DNA of 64,000 nucleotides from Eledone cirrhosa. Lineage: Eukaryota. Numbering within the stretch: the first letter of the stretch is position 1; every line of letters begins with the position of its first letter. The stretch is from positions 335,544,001-335,608,000 of the forward strand of contig OZ024740.1 in NCBI GenBank assembly GCA_964016885.1, read 5' to 3'. Positions 24,930-39,309 of this stretch are shown one piece after another. Position numbers and translations under genes: made by a program. Under the pieces are notes generated by a model, which did no database searches, was not told the origin of the DNA, and worked only from the letters and a program-made list of their open reading frames with translations.

Positions 24930-26950
24930 AAACACTGAAAATGCCAGCAACAGGAAGGCACACGAACACGACAAATTCCCAACCGGTTGAAACGTATAAA
25001 AGGGACATATGGTATACAACATTTCTTATGAAATAATGATGAAGCCAGAAATGTCAACTGACTGACTTATTAAAGTAGAAAAATATCCTAACCTCAGACA
25101 GTAAATACACAGAACACCACAAACCTGCAGACCCATAACATGCCTTCCTACAAGCTACAAGATCTTGACAGCAATAACGTTACAAAAACTGACCAAATAT
25201 TTGGAATAAAGTAACCTGCTACCAGAAGAGCAGAAAGATTGATGCAACAGCTCCCACGACTATAAAGACTAATTATTAATAAACGAAGACATAACAGGAA
25301 AACTCAGCAAAGGAAACAAAATCTCAGCATTTGATTACCAGAAGTCTTTTGAGAATGTTTCCCATCGGTGGATACTGAACAAACTAACCATAAACAAAGT
25401 AGCACCAACAATACAAACATTCACTAAACATACCATGAGTAAATGGCAAACAGTTCTGCAGATACAAACAAAAGATAGTTCTATGAAAATTGTTCCCATC
25501 TAAATTAACAAAGGGATATTTCAAGGGAACCTCCTTTTACTATGCCTCTTCTGTCTAGAATTGAAACCATTATCTTATAAACTAAACAGGGCTATGAATG
25601 ATATGGAAAGTAAAGCAACCATCGCTGGAATATGGAATATTTAAAGCTGAATAGTGCAGAGGAGAGACAACTTGAAACAGTGTTTAAGACATTACATGAA
25701 TTCACAAAGTAAGTAAACATGAACTCTGGACTAGAAGAATGTGCCAAGGCAACGCTTAAGAGAGATAAACCATATCAAAAACAGACATATAATACTTAAG
25801 AATGAATGAACTAGACGGGTTTCAATACACACAGATGAAAGAAGAGATTAGAAAGGAATACTATAGACGACTTAGATTACTACTTAAGAAGGAACTAAAT
25901 GCAAAGAATCAGATAATAGGTAGTAGTTCCAAGATTAAGCTATAGTTTTGATACTCTATACTTGACAATAAAGAACAAGCAGAACTAGAAAGAAAATCGA
26001 GAAAAATAATTAATTTAGATTATTCCATCCAAAACGAGATGTAGGAGATAATACTTAACACGAACACAATGGGTCATAGCCCTATACAACAAGCAACCTA
26101 TAATACATTATTCATTGTGGGACTACAAAACTAACTGATGAAGAATAAAAGAGAGATAATACAAATAACTATGAAAAATAAAGAAACCAAAATATGTGTT
26201 ATATCTTCAAGCCAACAAATTAAAAACAAAAGCTAAATTTACTGATAGTCATAAAGAGAATGAGAGAATAGAAGAAACATAACCCGTGTACCCAAAAACT
26301 AAATCGGGAGATATTAGACAAGCAAGTGTCAGAAACTTGGCTAGGAAGCTGTGGATTAAAAGCCGAGACTGCAGCACCTCAAAGCCTCCTCTCTCGAAAA
26401 TCATTCGAAATACATAATGAATTATAACACTGTAATTGCAGGATATGTATATATATATATATAACTATATATATAGGGAAGACAAAAATTAACCATATTG
26501 TGGCTGGCATGAGAGAAGTTGGTATTTCAGCACACTGGTTTTTATGCTAGAATTACAAAATAGTAATAGACAAATGCTGGTACAAGCATACACAAGAAAT
26601 ATTATCAGGGAACGTCAAACCATTCATACTCTAGTATGCAACTACACACTGACACATAGAACAAAGCCAATCGATCAGATATTTTAGTCAAAGACCACAA
26701 AAAAAATGAAATGGCTCATAATTGATGTATGAGTCCCCAGCGATGAGATAAATGAAATAAAGAGAAAAATTATCTGAAGGAAAAGGTATGAAGATTGAGA
26801 TAACCTGATATAGGTGCGAAAAATGAGAAACAATCCCTATATGTTTTCTGGTAAGGATAAAAAAAACCACACCGGTAGATAAATAACCAAACCCCCAGGA
26901 AGTACAAGTACATATAACATACAGAAAGTAGCACTACCCACATATCCATA
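24930..26950 (+). mobile_element. Highly decayed R4/Dong-like (RLE-type) LINE fossil
   Basis: Broken frames give RPITCLPTSYKILTAI, LLPEEQK, GIFQG, KERIRKEYYRRLRLLLKKELNAKN, GLKAET, CNCRIC and INHIVAG. Confidence 0.7.
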
Positions 26951-26984
26951 ATTACTCTCCCAAAAGTCGATGTCCAATATGCAG

Positions 26985-27610
26985 ACACAATCTGAAAAAT
27001 AGACTCACTCACTCTTGTCATTTGCGTTACATTCACTCATCACTGGTCCCCACATTCCTCTCCAAGTGAAACTTGAAAACGTAGCTTAAACCTTTAATCA
27101 GAGGGTAACGTGTCTATCTTCACTTCTTTCACGATTGCTCACCACACAATCACTTTCTCCACAACCATCAGACAGGAAACCTACTCTATTTTCCCTGCTG
27201 ACGAAAGGTGGTGAGTCGACCTTCACGATGGATATAGTCGATGCCCGAATACGTTCTAGACGAGGCGGCAGTTAGGCATTGGAAAAATGTATGAAGAAGT
27301 GTATCGATCTTTGGCTCTTGTCTCGGACACGACTGTCTGAGAGCATTTCTATGCCTGTAGATTTCATCTCGAACCGGCAATCCCTCCGGTTAACACTGAC
27401 AGGCCAGAAAATTCTGGAAATTATCCGTAGACCCCGGGCGGAAAGTCCTTTGGAACAGACAGGTCAGTGTGGTCTCACCGACAGCCGTAACTTCTGCGAG
27501 AATCTCGACACGCTTCTCCATTAATAATCTTCCATAGATTGCTAATGTAGAACTCCCATCGATCACAATGCCGAAGCGGTTGAGAGTTGTAAATGCTTGA
27601 CAATATTCTA
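26985..27610 (-). mobile_element. Older divergent relative of the Tx1-type LINE (ORF2 C-terminus)
   Basis: LFQRTFRPGSTDNFQNFLACQC*..LPVRDEIYRH..CPR and VNVTQMTRV align by eye with LFGRTFSPGPMDNFQRSLAWQC..LPVRERLYRH..CPR and VKVARMARV of copy C. Confidence 0.75.
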
Positions 27611-28366
27611 GATACGAGGATGATGTTGATGATGACGATCACGGATGTAGTGATGAGGATGAGAAGGAGGATCATCATGATGATGATGATAATCTTTATG
27701 ATTATCATTATGATCGGGGTGATCATGTTGATCACGATGATCTTAATTGAAGTGAAAGTATAAGCAGATTTTCTTTAATTTTATTTGTGTTGTTACTATT
27801 GTGGTAGGAACTAAAATATTTAGATTTATTACTGTCTCTCGAACACTAAATAATAGACTATTGGTTTCTGGAAGTGTTGTTTGGGGAACACTTGTCAGAC
27901 GTGTAGGAACACATGGGATATAGGTGTGGCAATTCTCAACATTTACTCATCACATTAACCAGATAAAATCTGAGGTTCTTTCATATATATGCCTGAATAA
28001 ACGACTGCCTCTCACACTTACTCGCTTCTCTCTTCTTAAGCATCTGACAAGCAATCGATTGTTATTTCTTATTCAATAGTCAGTGAAACTGAACTAAGGT
28101 AAAAATTCCTATTACAATAATAACAACAGGGTTAACTGAAAAGGAAACACATTTCTTGAACGAGTACAGTTAAAGTATAAGTTATTTTTGCCTCTTGCAA
28201 GTGGAAATGATAATTATATTAATATATTTTGAAGAAGTTTTTTCACATTTTCTTATCATGTGTTCTCGATAAAATATGACAGACGACAAACAAAATAACT
28301 TTGACAGACAAATCAATAAGTCTAATTCGATAATTTCATAACATCTCCAAAAATTATATTTATCTC

Positions 28367-28397
<31 letters not shown>

Positions 28398-31300
28398 ATC
28401 AATAAACTACTACAAATGATAATATTACTGTTGCTGTTAAATCCCTAATCAGCCTTGATAGAGAAGGCTATAACAAATTAACTTATTAATTAAATTAAAT
28501 GTTGCTCTCATTCTGATAGATCATTCGGTGCAGCACTTTACATGGAGCCTCGTTAGACAGTCTTACTTGTATAGCAAAGTTTACTTCAGCGATATTTCAA
28601 CTCACAATGCGTAGAATCAGAACAAATACCACAAGGCATGCATTTTCCCCGGCATTCTAACGATCAACCAATTTGCTATCTTAAACGTAGGTATGATAAA
28701 TGTTATTCAAATAGGTGAAATGTTACAGCGTCTGGAAAGAGGGATTCATAACATTTAGTTATGGCATATTTTGTTGTGATGTTACATCTTGACGAGATTG
28801 GTTTCTTTTCCATCTTGTTAGAGTCGATACAAACAGTAAGATACTATTGTAGTTACTGTGAGTAAGGATAGATAATGTTAATGTTCATATAAATGATTTA
28901 ATCAATTACATTTCTATAAAAGTGTAATTCATGATATGTATTACCTAGCTTTAGCCAGTCAAGTTAGATGTTTTGAGAATTTCTAATGGAATTTACTTGT
29001 GATTTAATAACGTCAAACTCATGCTAAATGTTAATGGGGAAATGCAGTTTAACCTTTAAGTTTTAATATTTAACTTATGGAGTGAAATACAGCGAGGTAA
29101 GTCTATAATTCAAGATAGACTATTTAATCGAGAAGGTAACAGAATGAGAATGTGTGACTTTTGATATTTATCTCCCAGAAAAATATTTTTCTATAATAAT
29201 CTAAACATTTAATGAAACAACACAAGCAGATGCAAATGATGTTGAAATAAGCCCAATGAAAGACTACGAATAGCACTAGATTACAAAAGATAACAAGATA
29301 TTTTGTTTAAATTATTCAATAAATATATTTGAAAATAAAAATACATAAAACGTTAAGTATTTTATGACAAGAAACAAAATCCTTTACGGATATCATCAGT
29401 AGCAGTTAAGAACAATGGAAATTAGAAGTTCCTATAATAATAACACACAAAGAGAGAAAACAATAACAGTTTTAAGAAATGAAATTTATGCCACTTCATG
29501 ATATTGTTTGATATTAAGTGATACCAAAAGAAACTTAGAAGATATCTCCCAACTCCACAAGATTAATGAGACAATCTAATGATGCTCTAGAGAACAAACG
29601 CAATATGATCAACTATAACTGACAAAAACAATCTAATTAGTGGAGTAGTACATGTAATAGCATAAGAAGTCAGCATTTACATCAATGAATTCTTAATACA
29701 GAAAAACAACTAATAGTTACGACCAAGAGTAAATAATGATTTCTTACATTGTCAGAAGGTCAAAAACACAGTACTTCACAGCTACAAATATCGAACCCGG
29801 TAGAAGTAATCTAAAAGTTATTCCGGGCGAGATTTCAAAACAAAAGTCAGAGACATAATTAAATAGTTCAGAATATTTTATTCGGTGTTTTACCATATTT
29901 TCTATCCACTGCCTTTCAGTAAACAAAATTGAACATAAACTGAACACAAACTGTAAACAACTTAGTCGGTTATCTCTTAATCTTAATTTAAATGCAGCTT
30001 GGTATTATAAAACATATTATAGATGCACCATCTAATCCTCAGTTTTCTAACTGTTTTGGTGAAGTTAAACGACGTCAGGAATTATTGACATTTGCATTTG
30101 GAAAATAACGTGATATAACAAAATCCTGCACGCCTCCCCACCACATTTAAATAAGCAAATAAAATGGATGTTAAGTGAAGTATTAAATGATTTTTCAAAA
30201 AAGATAAATGAAAGACACATACATCAATAAGTATTAGATAAAATATCAACATGACAGAAAACCGTCGATTTCAAGACATAAAAGAAAAATCGGACCAGCA
30301 GGCAAAATGTAATGTTAGAAAGATATATAACAAGATTGGAAAATTACCAAAACACTTGGCTCAAATAAAAAGTGTTTGATATACTGTATATATGGATCAA
30401 AGCCTTGAAAACATAAGACACATCCACGAATGTAGAAATACAAAAATATACTCGAAAAATCTATATTTTCAAAGGCCGTAAGTGATAGCATTTTATTTCT
30501 TAGTCACCTAGAGAAGGTCCAAGTTCATGACCCTTTTCATGGCTTCTATTATTAGGAGAAAGAGAAAATTATGGAGACCTAAACCTAACGCTAGCAACTG
30601 AAGGCATTCCAAAAAAATTAAATACATCATAAATACAAATAGTAAGCATAAAATCCGCAATCTTAAGCAAATAATCCGTAATTAAAATGGAGGAAAGCGT
30701 ATGTCTCTCAAATAAATAGGCCTGTTGGCGGACATTATAGTCAAGCACCAACGTTTCAGTGGGAAATAACAAAGCTTTATACAGTGGAACATCACGAACA
30801 AATCGTGCAGGAACAATTTTTCCAAACAAAAAACGTCTCGGTTGGCGAAAGGTATTTCAAGTAACGACAAGCATTTCGGCAGCAATAGTTGGCGACAAGA
30901 TTGGAGTATCGGCGGGTCAGCGTCACTTGCTGTGTATTTATTTACTATGGTGATATCTATCTGTTTTTCAAACGCAGTCACTCTCTTTCTCTCACCGTAT
31001 TTCTCTCTCAACCTTTCGTATGAACAAAGATAGTTTCGATTTACGAGCATGTTGAGTAAACATATATACATACACAAACAAACAAGATGTTGTAGGACAA
31101 AAGAAAGGAGGGACACAAAATAACAAATTAGTCACTGTCGAGGTTACTGAATCTGTGAAGAGCTTTGACAATAAAGAAAAAATCAACCATCCGGTTATTA
31201 AACTAATCAACAGAAAATTTATAATAAATTAAATTTAGAATCAACAGGTGGGTGTGTTTTATTTGGAAGCATGAGCCTCCGAAAGTATAACAATATACGT

Positions 31301-31551
31301 GTCATAACTTCTGATGGAGTCGTAGGGGCACTGTATTGACATACGGCGTTTCTTGGGCATTTTAAGCCTGCCGAAGCCCATCTCCTCCCTATATCTAAAT
31401 ACAGCAGATTTCTTCCAGAGAAAGTAGAGAATAACAGAGAGGAAATGATATAGTGATATAGAGAAAGAACCGAACCCAATACTAGACTGGTACTTTTTTG
31501 ATCGACCTTGAAAGGACTGAAAGGCAAAGTTGACATATATATATATATATA

Positions 31552-31622
<71 letters not shown>

Positions 31623-31964
31623 ACTTATGCATATGTATACATATGTATGCGTGAATGTGAGCGTGCGTGCTTGTCGGTATCAGTGAATTTAACTACACCG
31701 CTTAATTATGCGCGGTGTTTGCTTATGTACTGTAACGCAATGTAGCTACACAGAGAGTGATTAAATAAATACCAAACTTTTAAAAGATAAGTATTTCTAC
31801 GATCGACTAAACGCTTAGATGTTGAGCCACAGCATGACCGAATCCCAATGACTAAAATCAATAAATATAACATGACCATGCTCTTGCAAGCAGAAGCAAC
31901 TGTAAATGATTTTCATAAATGGCGTTTGAAAATACCATTGTTTTTCGTTGATTATATATATATG

Positions 31965-32022
<58 letters not shown>

Positions 32023-32039
32023 CGTGTGTGTGTGTGTGC

Positions 32040-32148
<109 letters not shown>

Positions 32149-32500
32149 TATGTGTGTATGAATATGTATATTTATGTGTTTCTGTCTGCGTGGGTGTCTA
32201 CAAACGAGTAAAATCACTCAATGTATCTAGTATAGTTTATACATTTATTAAAATCTGAGATATTAAATTGCTGCCACACAGTTTCATGTCAAAGCAAGTC
32301 ATGCAACTAGAATCGTTTACGACAGTAACGATACCCTTTGTAAAAATAAAATAGAAGCCAAGATAATGATAGTATTATGCCCTAAAAATATAAATTCCAA
32401 TGAAGCTGTCATGCACACATATGCCTACAAATATATGATGCACACTTAATTAGACAGATACATACACACACATACACACACACATGCACGCACACACACA

Positions 32501-32538
<38 letters not shown>

Positions 32539-32718
32539 AATCATTCAAACACACAATGCATATATTGCTGGACATATATCCTATATTATCTATTCACATA
32601 GACACATAGGAATAGTACGCAATAATAGACACATATAGAAGAAAACAGACATACTTTCATGAACAAAGAGACGGAAACAGCACCATATACACATACCGAA
32701 ATATGAAAATGCAGATAT

Positions 32719-32758
<40 letters not shown>

Positions 32759-34342
32759 ATTCACATATACATAAATGCTGACACAAAGTTAAAGAAGCCC
32801 CACACACATTTAAAGTTCCAGGCATACAGATGTTCACACAAACACACATAAACATAAAAATAGACACATTAAGCACATACGTGACTACATAAAGACACAT
32901 ATAGACAAAGGCATTTATTAATACTCATGAATAAAGACGAAGTGTAATAACGATTTTCGCTAGATAAAGACAAAAGCAGAATTCAGTGTGTATGAATAAG
33001 TGAAGAGAGATAGAGTGAGTTTAGTGAGGGTACGTTGAGAACAAGGGAAAGAAAAGAGAGAAATGAAAAGTGTAATAGGTGAATTGAAAGTAAAATACTA
33101 TAATAGCTGTTATAATGTACTATAGAATATATGTAAGGTTTCAGCCAGCACCGCGTGTATATATTAAACTGAATTATATGCATTGGACAGTTATATATAC
33201 AAAAGAAAGTTGTCTACATGTGTTCAGTGAATTAAAATTCTGTTTAATTTACATACGCATTGTCGGTGGAAACCTTAGATTTATTCTACCAAAACAAACA
33301 CTGCTGAGCGCCTCCGTAATTTATGAGTACGTCTAGCTGTCGAGAAAGCGTTAGTTATGCAAATCGGTTTTACGATTATGTGTAGATCGCAGTAATAGAG
33401 GCTAATTATGCAATGTTCTGTGAACAATTATAGGCGGGTGCTCAGTTTGTTATGTGATCCTAATATAGGATTGAAAGCGATCGAACTGAAGGTTTTTTTC
33501 TATTCAATAAGAGAATATACAACTGTCTCATATAGTTAATTGAGTTTTATTAAGACACTCAATGCTGGCTTAAATTTTAGATTTATTCGCTAGTATATCA
33601 TGACATCAAAAGAAGACCGTGCATAGAACATAATTAATTTAAGTATAATGGATATGCATTCTACCTACTGATGTATCTATGTAGAGTAAGCCACAAACGT
33701 TTGAAGGGATGAAGAGAGAGGTATGTGTAGGAAATATGAGAAAATGTTGAATTTTTTTGTTAGTAACAAAATATGTTGATATTTAGAGAATTTTCAAAAA
33801 AATTTCGAATTAAATTAGGGTGGACATATGTTCGCATGTTCAGCTAATTATATATATATAATTACTGAAATTATTGCTGTATCTGTAAATTCATTTTAGA
33901 AACATTTGTTGACAATGAAACGGTGACGGCAAGGTCAATTCTAAAACAAAGTTCTGACTATATATTAAAGGTTGCATTCAAAGGTGAGGTTTCTTTTCAG
34001 TTATCTTTCGTTTAGGTTTTTTTTATCTATGAGGTTAGTGTGACATTTGCACTGGAATGCACTCTATAGTAAAAAGAAACCTGGCAACTAGGTTCTTCAC
34101 TCGACCAAATAATATAAATGTATAAAGTTTTCTAGACACTACAGGAATATTATGAGAATATTGTTTTATATACGAGAGTTTTTCAAATGGCTTCCTACAG
34201 TCAATGAATAGTATATGTCAGTTCAACGTGGAACGTTATATTTGAAAAAGATAAGATGGAATGTGGGTGTCTGTGTGTACGTGCGTGTATGTGTCATATT
34301 AAATACCAAAAGTTGTACCATGAAGTTATATACACATACACG

Positions 34343-34407
<65 letters not shown>

Positions 34408-34489
34408 GTTATTCCGGGTTGAATCGGAGGTAACCACAGTAAGTAAGGTACTCAATACATTGCAGAGTATAAAAGTTTTAATATAGATG

Positions 34490-34540
34490 AGATTCTACAG
34501 GACTAGAACTGTTTCATTCTTTAGAAATCATCAGGAATCT
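34490..34540 (-). ncRNA. Type I hammerhead ribozyme
   Basis: Reverse complement of 36718-36768. Confidence 0.85.
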
Positions 34541-35019
34541 GGGTATCAAAAAATAAATATGGTATTTATAGGTCTCTACAAGTGGTAGGAGAGGGTGGGG
34601 AGTGAATGGGTGTAGGTCAGTGGTTGATAGAAAAGGAATTCATTAAAAGCTAATTCTACAAAGCTATAGTTTATTTTTATTAATTTTTGTTTTTAGTAAC
34701 AAAGGCAGACAGAATTCTATAAACAGGTTCCGGATGGCATGCCATTCCTTGTCATTAAATTTCTCTTAAGCTAACAGATGTCTATAAGATCAGTGGGGGG
34801 GGGGGGGGTCAGTCATGGTAGATAGAATTAAAGGAAAGGGAGATTCTTTAAAAGCTAAATTCATTAAGGTTCTACCAAGTGACAAAGGTTTAGAGAATTC
34901 TGTAGACAGATTCAAGATACTGAGTGCATATCTTACAATTATCTTCGAACTTCTCTTAAACTAATCAACTATATGCCAAAAATCAACAGACACATTCACA
35001 AAAAAAAACATACTCACTC

Positions 35020-35153
35020 ACACACTCGCGCGCAACCATAAACACACATACACATACACATATACACACATAAAAACACACGCACATATATAAATATATT
35101 TATATATATATATATACACACACATATATATATATATATATATACACACATAC

Positions 35154-35188
<35 letters not shown>

Positions 35189-35193
35189 TATAT

Positions 35194-35242
<49 letters not shown>

Positions 35243-35382
35243 TATACACATATACATATATATATATATACAAATATACAAATATACAAATACACATATA
35301 TATACACATACACACACACACAATATATATACACATATATACATATACACACACACACACACACATACATACACACATACAC

Positions 35383-35413
<31 letters not shown>

Positions 35414-35442
35414 CAAATATATATACATATATACATATACAC

Positions 35443-35473
<31 letters not shown>

Positions 35474-35572
35474 CACATATATACATATACATACATACAC
35501 ATACACACACATATATACACACACACATATATACACATATATACACACAGACACACACACACATACACATGC

Positions 35573-35617
<45 letters not shown>

Positions 35618-35824
35618 TACACATACATACACAGACATATACATAAATATACACATATATACAAACATATATACGCATATATACACACATATATACATAT
35701 ATATATATACACGCATACACACATACACGCACACACACAAATATATATACACACACTCTCTCTCACGCACACATATATATATATATACACACATACACAC
35801 ATACACACATACACATATATACAC

Positions 35825-35855
<31 letters not shown>

Positions 35856-35995
35856 TATACATATATACATATATATACATACATAAATATACACACATAA
35901 AACACATATACACACATAGATATATATATATACATACCCATACATATACACACATACACACAAATATATACACATACAAATAAATAAGTACTCAA
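35020..35995. repeat. Compound (TA)/(CA) microsatellite inside the PLE 3' region
   Basis: Direct reading; source of the spurious 321/350-aa ORFs. Confidence 0.95.
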
Positions 35996-36156
35996 TAAAT
36001 ATACGCATATACGCAGGCACATAAAAACACCTCTACAGGCAGAACATGTAGATAGGTAAAAGGTACTCACATAACCATAGTGGCCGTATTTCAGGTTGAG
36101 GAGGGGTAGGGGTAGGGTGGGAAGGAGGTATAGGGGCCAATAGGGGGAGGTCGTTT

Positions 36157-36612
36157 TTAGCCATCGGGCTTTAACACTGGCTTAAAGTGTTTGAAAGTTG
36201 CAAAGTTCTTGTGCATGCAGTTCGGGCAGTGTTCAGAGAGTTTGTTCAGTAGCGGGCCCTTGGCGAATAAAATGTCGTAGCTCTCTGAAATACAAAGGTC
36301 GCAGCCCTTGTGTCCTCCGTTGTAAGAGCGCGCTTTCTGGAGTATTTTCCATTTAAGCGTGAAGGGGGTGGAGTTCCTTTTGAGGTCCCAAACGTAGGAG
36401 GCGAGTGTTGTCTGATTTGATTTGTCCGGTCTTCTGAAGGAGTGGGTATGGGCATACCAACGGGTCTTAAAGTTGTTGGAGGTCATGCCGATGTAAGTTT
36501 TTTTGCAATCCTCGGTGCCTGAGATGACATCGCATTTGTATACGATATCATTTGTGAGGCATTTGTTTTCAAGTGGGCATGCTTCCTTATTTAGGCAATT
36601 ACATAGAGCCCC
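36157..36612 (-). CDS. PLE GIY-YIG endonuclease domain (open frame, N-terminally truncated)
   Basis: CNCLNKEACPLENKCL..IVYKC..YIGMTSNNFKTRWYAHTHSF..LKWKIL..CDLC..LLNK..CMH. The first ~16 aa of the listed ORF come from the inverted arm. Confidence 0.85.
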   Translation of the reverse strand, partial: GALCNCLNKEACPLENKCLTNDIVYKCDVISGTEDCKKTYIGMTSNNFKTRWYAHTHSFRRPDKSNQTTLASYVWDLKRNSTPFTLKWKILQKARSYNGGHKGCDLCISESYDILFAKGPLLNKLSEHCPNCMHKNFATFKHFKPVLKPDG

Positions 36613-36717
36613 AATGAATTCCTTTTCTATCAACCAATGACCTACACCCATCCCACTCCCCACCCTCTCCTACCACTTGTAGCGACCTATAAATACCATA
36701 TTTATTTTTTGATACCC

Positions 36718-36768
36718 AGATTCCTGATGATTTCTAAAGAATGAAACAGTTCTAGTCCTGTAGAATCT
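36718..36768 (+). ncRNA. Type I hammerhead ribozyme
   Basis: AGATTC-CTGATGA-tTTCtaaaGAAt-GAAA-CAGttctagtcCTG-TA-GAATCT. All three stems are closed; GUA cleavage triplet. Confidence 0.87.
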
Positions 36769-36780
36769 CATCTATATTAA

Positions 36781-36827
<47 letters not shown>

Positions 36828-37399
36828 TATACATATATATAGTATGTGTGTATGTATTTATGTATGTGTTTCCACTAAACAACCACCTAAAACCCTAGAG
36901 GTCTAACATGATTACTATCCCTTCAGCTACAATACCAATTGCTACAGAATCTTGACACCATGATGAACTATATAAGAGTTACCGGCATAGAAAATCTGTG
37001 TAATAATTGAACACGATCAGTACGAAGATATTTTACTAAACCTCTTTGATCATATGTCTCCTCAATCAGGGAGAACTTGCGATTAAACATTTTTGTGGTC
37101 ACCTGTACGTCACTACTCTCATTTTCTTTATAGAATATTTTGTTTCTTGTTTCAAGTAAACAAGCCTTCCCTATATACTTTAATGCAGAAGAAAATCCGG
37201 AGGTAATGGTAAAGGGAATTACCTTCAAAGTTTCTATATAGAATTAAACTTGCTTCGGTTGAAGTGGCTCTATTGTAGATCACATTTTCTTGTTTATCTT
37301 TTATCATTGGGTTTACTAATTCTCTTCTGTACTATAATTTCATCATTATTTGTTGTCCAAATAGACAATTGATTTACTCGATAAACAACACTATATTTA

Positions 37400-38362
37400 C
37401 TTTCTTCTTCTTCGTGGGGTCAGAGTCATGAGACTGACCTTCCAGATGGTCCTGTTAGAAGTAACTATCGTTGGAATCCTGATGGAATCCCAAGTGATAC
37501 CAACCAAGCATATGGCTGTTATCCAACCATCTTGGTTGTGATGTACCTTTGAGTCTCCAGCCCGTTGTCTTTGCCTGTATAATCTGTCCAGCTACGCTTT
37601 CCTAAGATATTTTAACCCCATGCCCCTAGTACTGAGGCTGTGGTCTCTCAATGCGGAGAAATAGCGGCACTACTTGGAGCTTCCTTTTCTTCGAGCTACA
37701 CACTCTATCGAGTAACTTTACTCCAAAGACCCCTCGGATGAACCAAAACTGGCCACTTATATTCGTGATCGTATTATTATAATCATTACCCACTAATCTT
37801 GATCATATATAAGGGTAGGTGTGAACATCAAATTGAAGAGAGCGCCCTTCTTCTGATGACCGAGTGTTGCACCAGCTCTAGAAATTCTTGCATTTAATCC
37901 AGCATCCTACATTCTATCACTCATGAAAACCACCCCCAGATACATGCATTTCTCCACGTGCTACACGCGCATGCAGAGCAGGCTGTCGAGAAAAAGGGGA
38001 AGTGCTGCAAATAAGTGTATTCTTGTGTCCTGGACTTTATAAAGGCGATCCACGAAATTGTTGTCGAAGGTCCTCAAAAATATGGGATCAAACGACAACT
38101 TTTTAGTGTCTTGAAATCCCAATATGCATGCCCTAAAATGTGCGGTCTGATAAATAGTGCGATTTTCATGAGCAGGATTGACAAGCGCAGCCGGGCTGGA
38201 ATGGATAGCAAAACGGTTTGGTGCAGTTATCAATCAACTGATATTTGCTGATGACATGGCGCTATTAAAATCATCGTGAGGTGCTTTCTGACATACACTG
38301 ATTTTCTGCTCATTGCTACAGGGTAGGAATGAGAATCGGTGTTGCAAAGACTGAGAAACTTG
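37400..38362 (-). mobile_element. RTE-clade LINE fossil with inverted 5' segment
   Basis: Minus 37400-37985: HVEKCMYLGVVFMSD..ARISRAG. Plus 37986-38362: VLDFIKA..QLIFADDMALL..GMRI..AKTE. Confidence 0.7.
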
Positions 38363-38948
38363 TCCCACAATATATATTTTCATAAATTTCAGTTCAAAAT
38401 ATTCCCAACTCCAGAGTTTACAGTAAACCTTTAATATCTGTTAAGCAAAGTTAAATAAACTTCAATATTTATGATCTGGCGTATAAAACAGTTCAAATAC
38501 GAAAAGTTTATATTCATCATTCTTTGTTAAAAATAATTTTAGGATAACGAGAATTTGATGCAATAAAATAGTAGCTAGTTAGTGATGTCTGTTTCTATTT
38601 GTACCATTCATAAATTACGGATAAAGAAGTGTTATCCATATGGGCTAATTTTGAATCGCTGTGGGTTCTTATCTGCTTACATCTGTTTATCAACGAGATG
38701 TCACAACAAAAGCCTTAACGATAAACAACAGAGTAACTAGCAACATATAATTCCAAATATTGTCGAGCAGACAGGCTTGAAGCAGCGGAGGTTAAGATGA
38801 GTATAAATATCCAGGGGGTGTAACTTGGAGTTACTGTAGGTTCACTCGGGTGCCACTCCATGTTTAGGTTCACTTCAGTGTCGAGGTGTAGAGCTAGACA
38901 GAGTGTATTATAGTGAAATAGCAAGGACGATTGTTTACTCCGTCGAAG

Positions 38949-39038
<90 letters not shown>

Positions 39039-39267
39039 GTTCATACACACACATATATATATATATATATACTATATATATACTCATAATATATATCTAT
39101 ATATATGCATATGCATATATATATATATATTTACATATACATATACGTATAAATGCATATATATACATATATATACACATATATATATACATATATAGAT
39201 ATACTTATACATGTATATACATATATGTACGCTTATATATATATGTATATGTCTATATATATATATA

Positions 39268-39309
<42 letters not shown>

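Larger units (their letters stand above)
34407..36784 (-). mobile_element. 5'-truncated Penelope-like (Naiad-type) element with inverted 5' terminal repeat, inserted in (TA)n
   Basis: Inverted arms 34474-34644 / 36613-36784, each with an HHR; GIY-YIG remnant; (TA)n on both sides. Confidence 0.88.

Noticed and set aside
35014-36070. Long 321/350-aa ORFs and the many [12 protein letters not shown] ORFs elsewhere
   Set aside because: They are translations of dinucleotide microsatellites, which lack stop codons.
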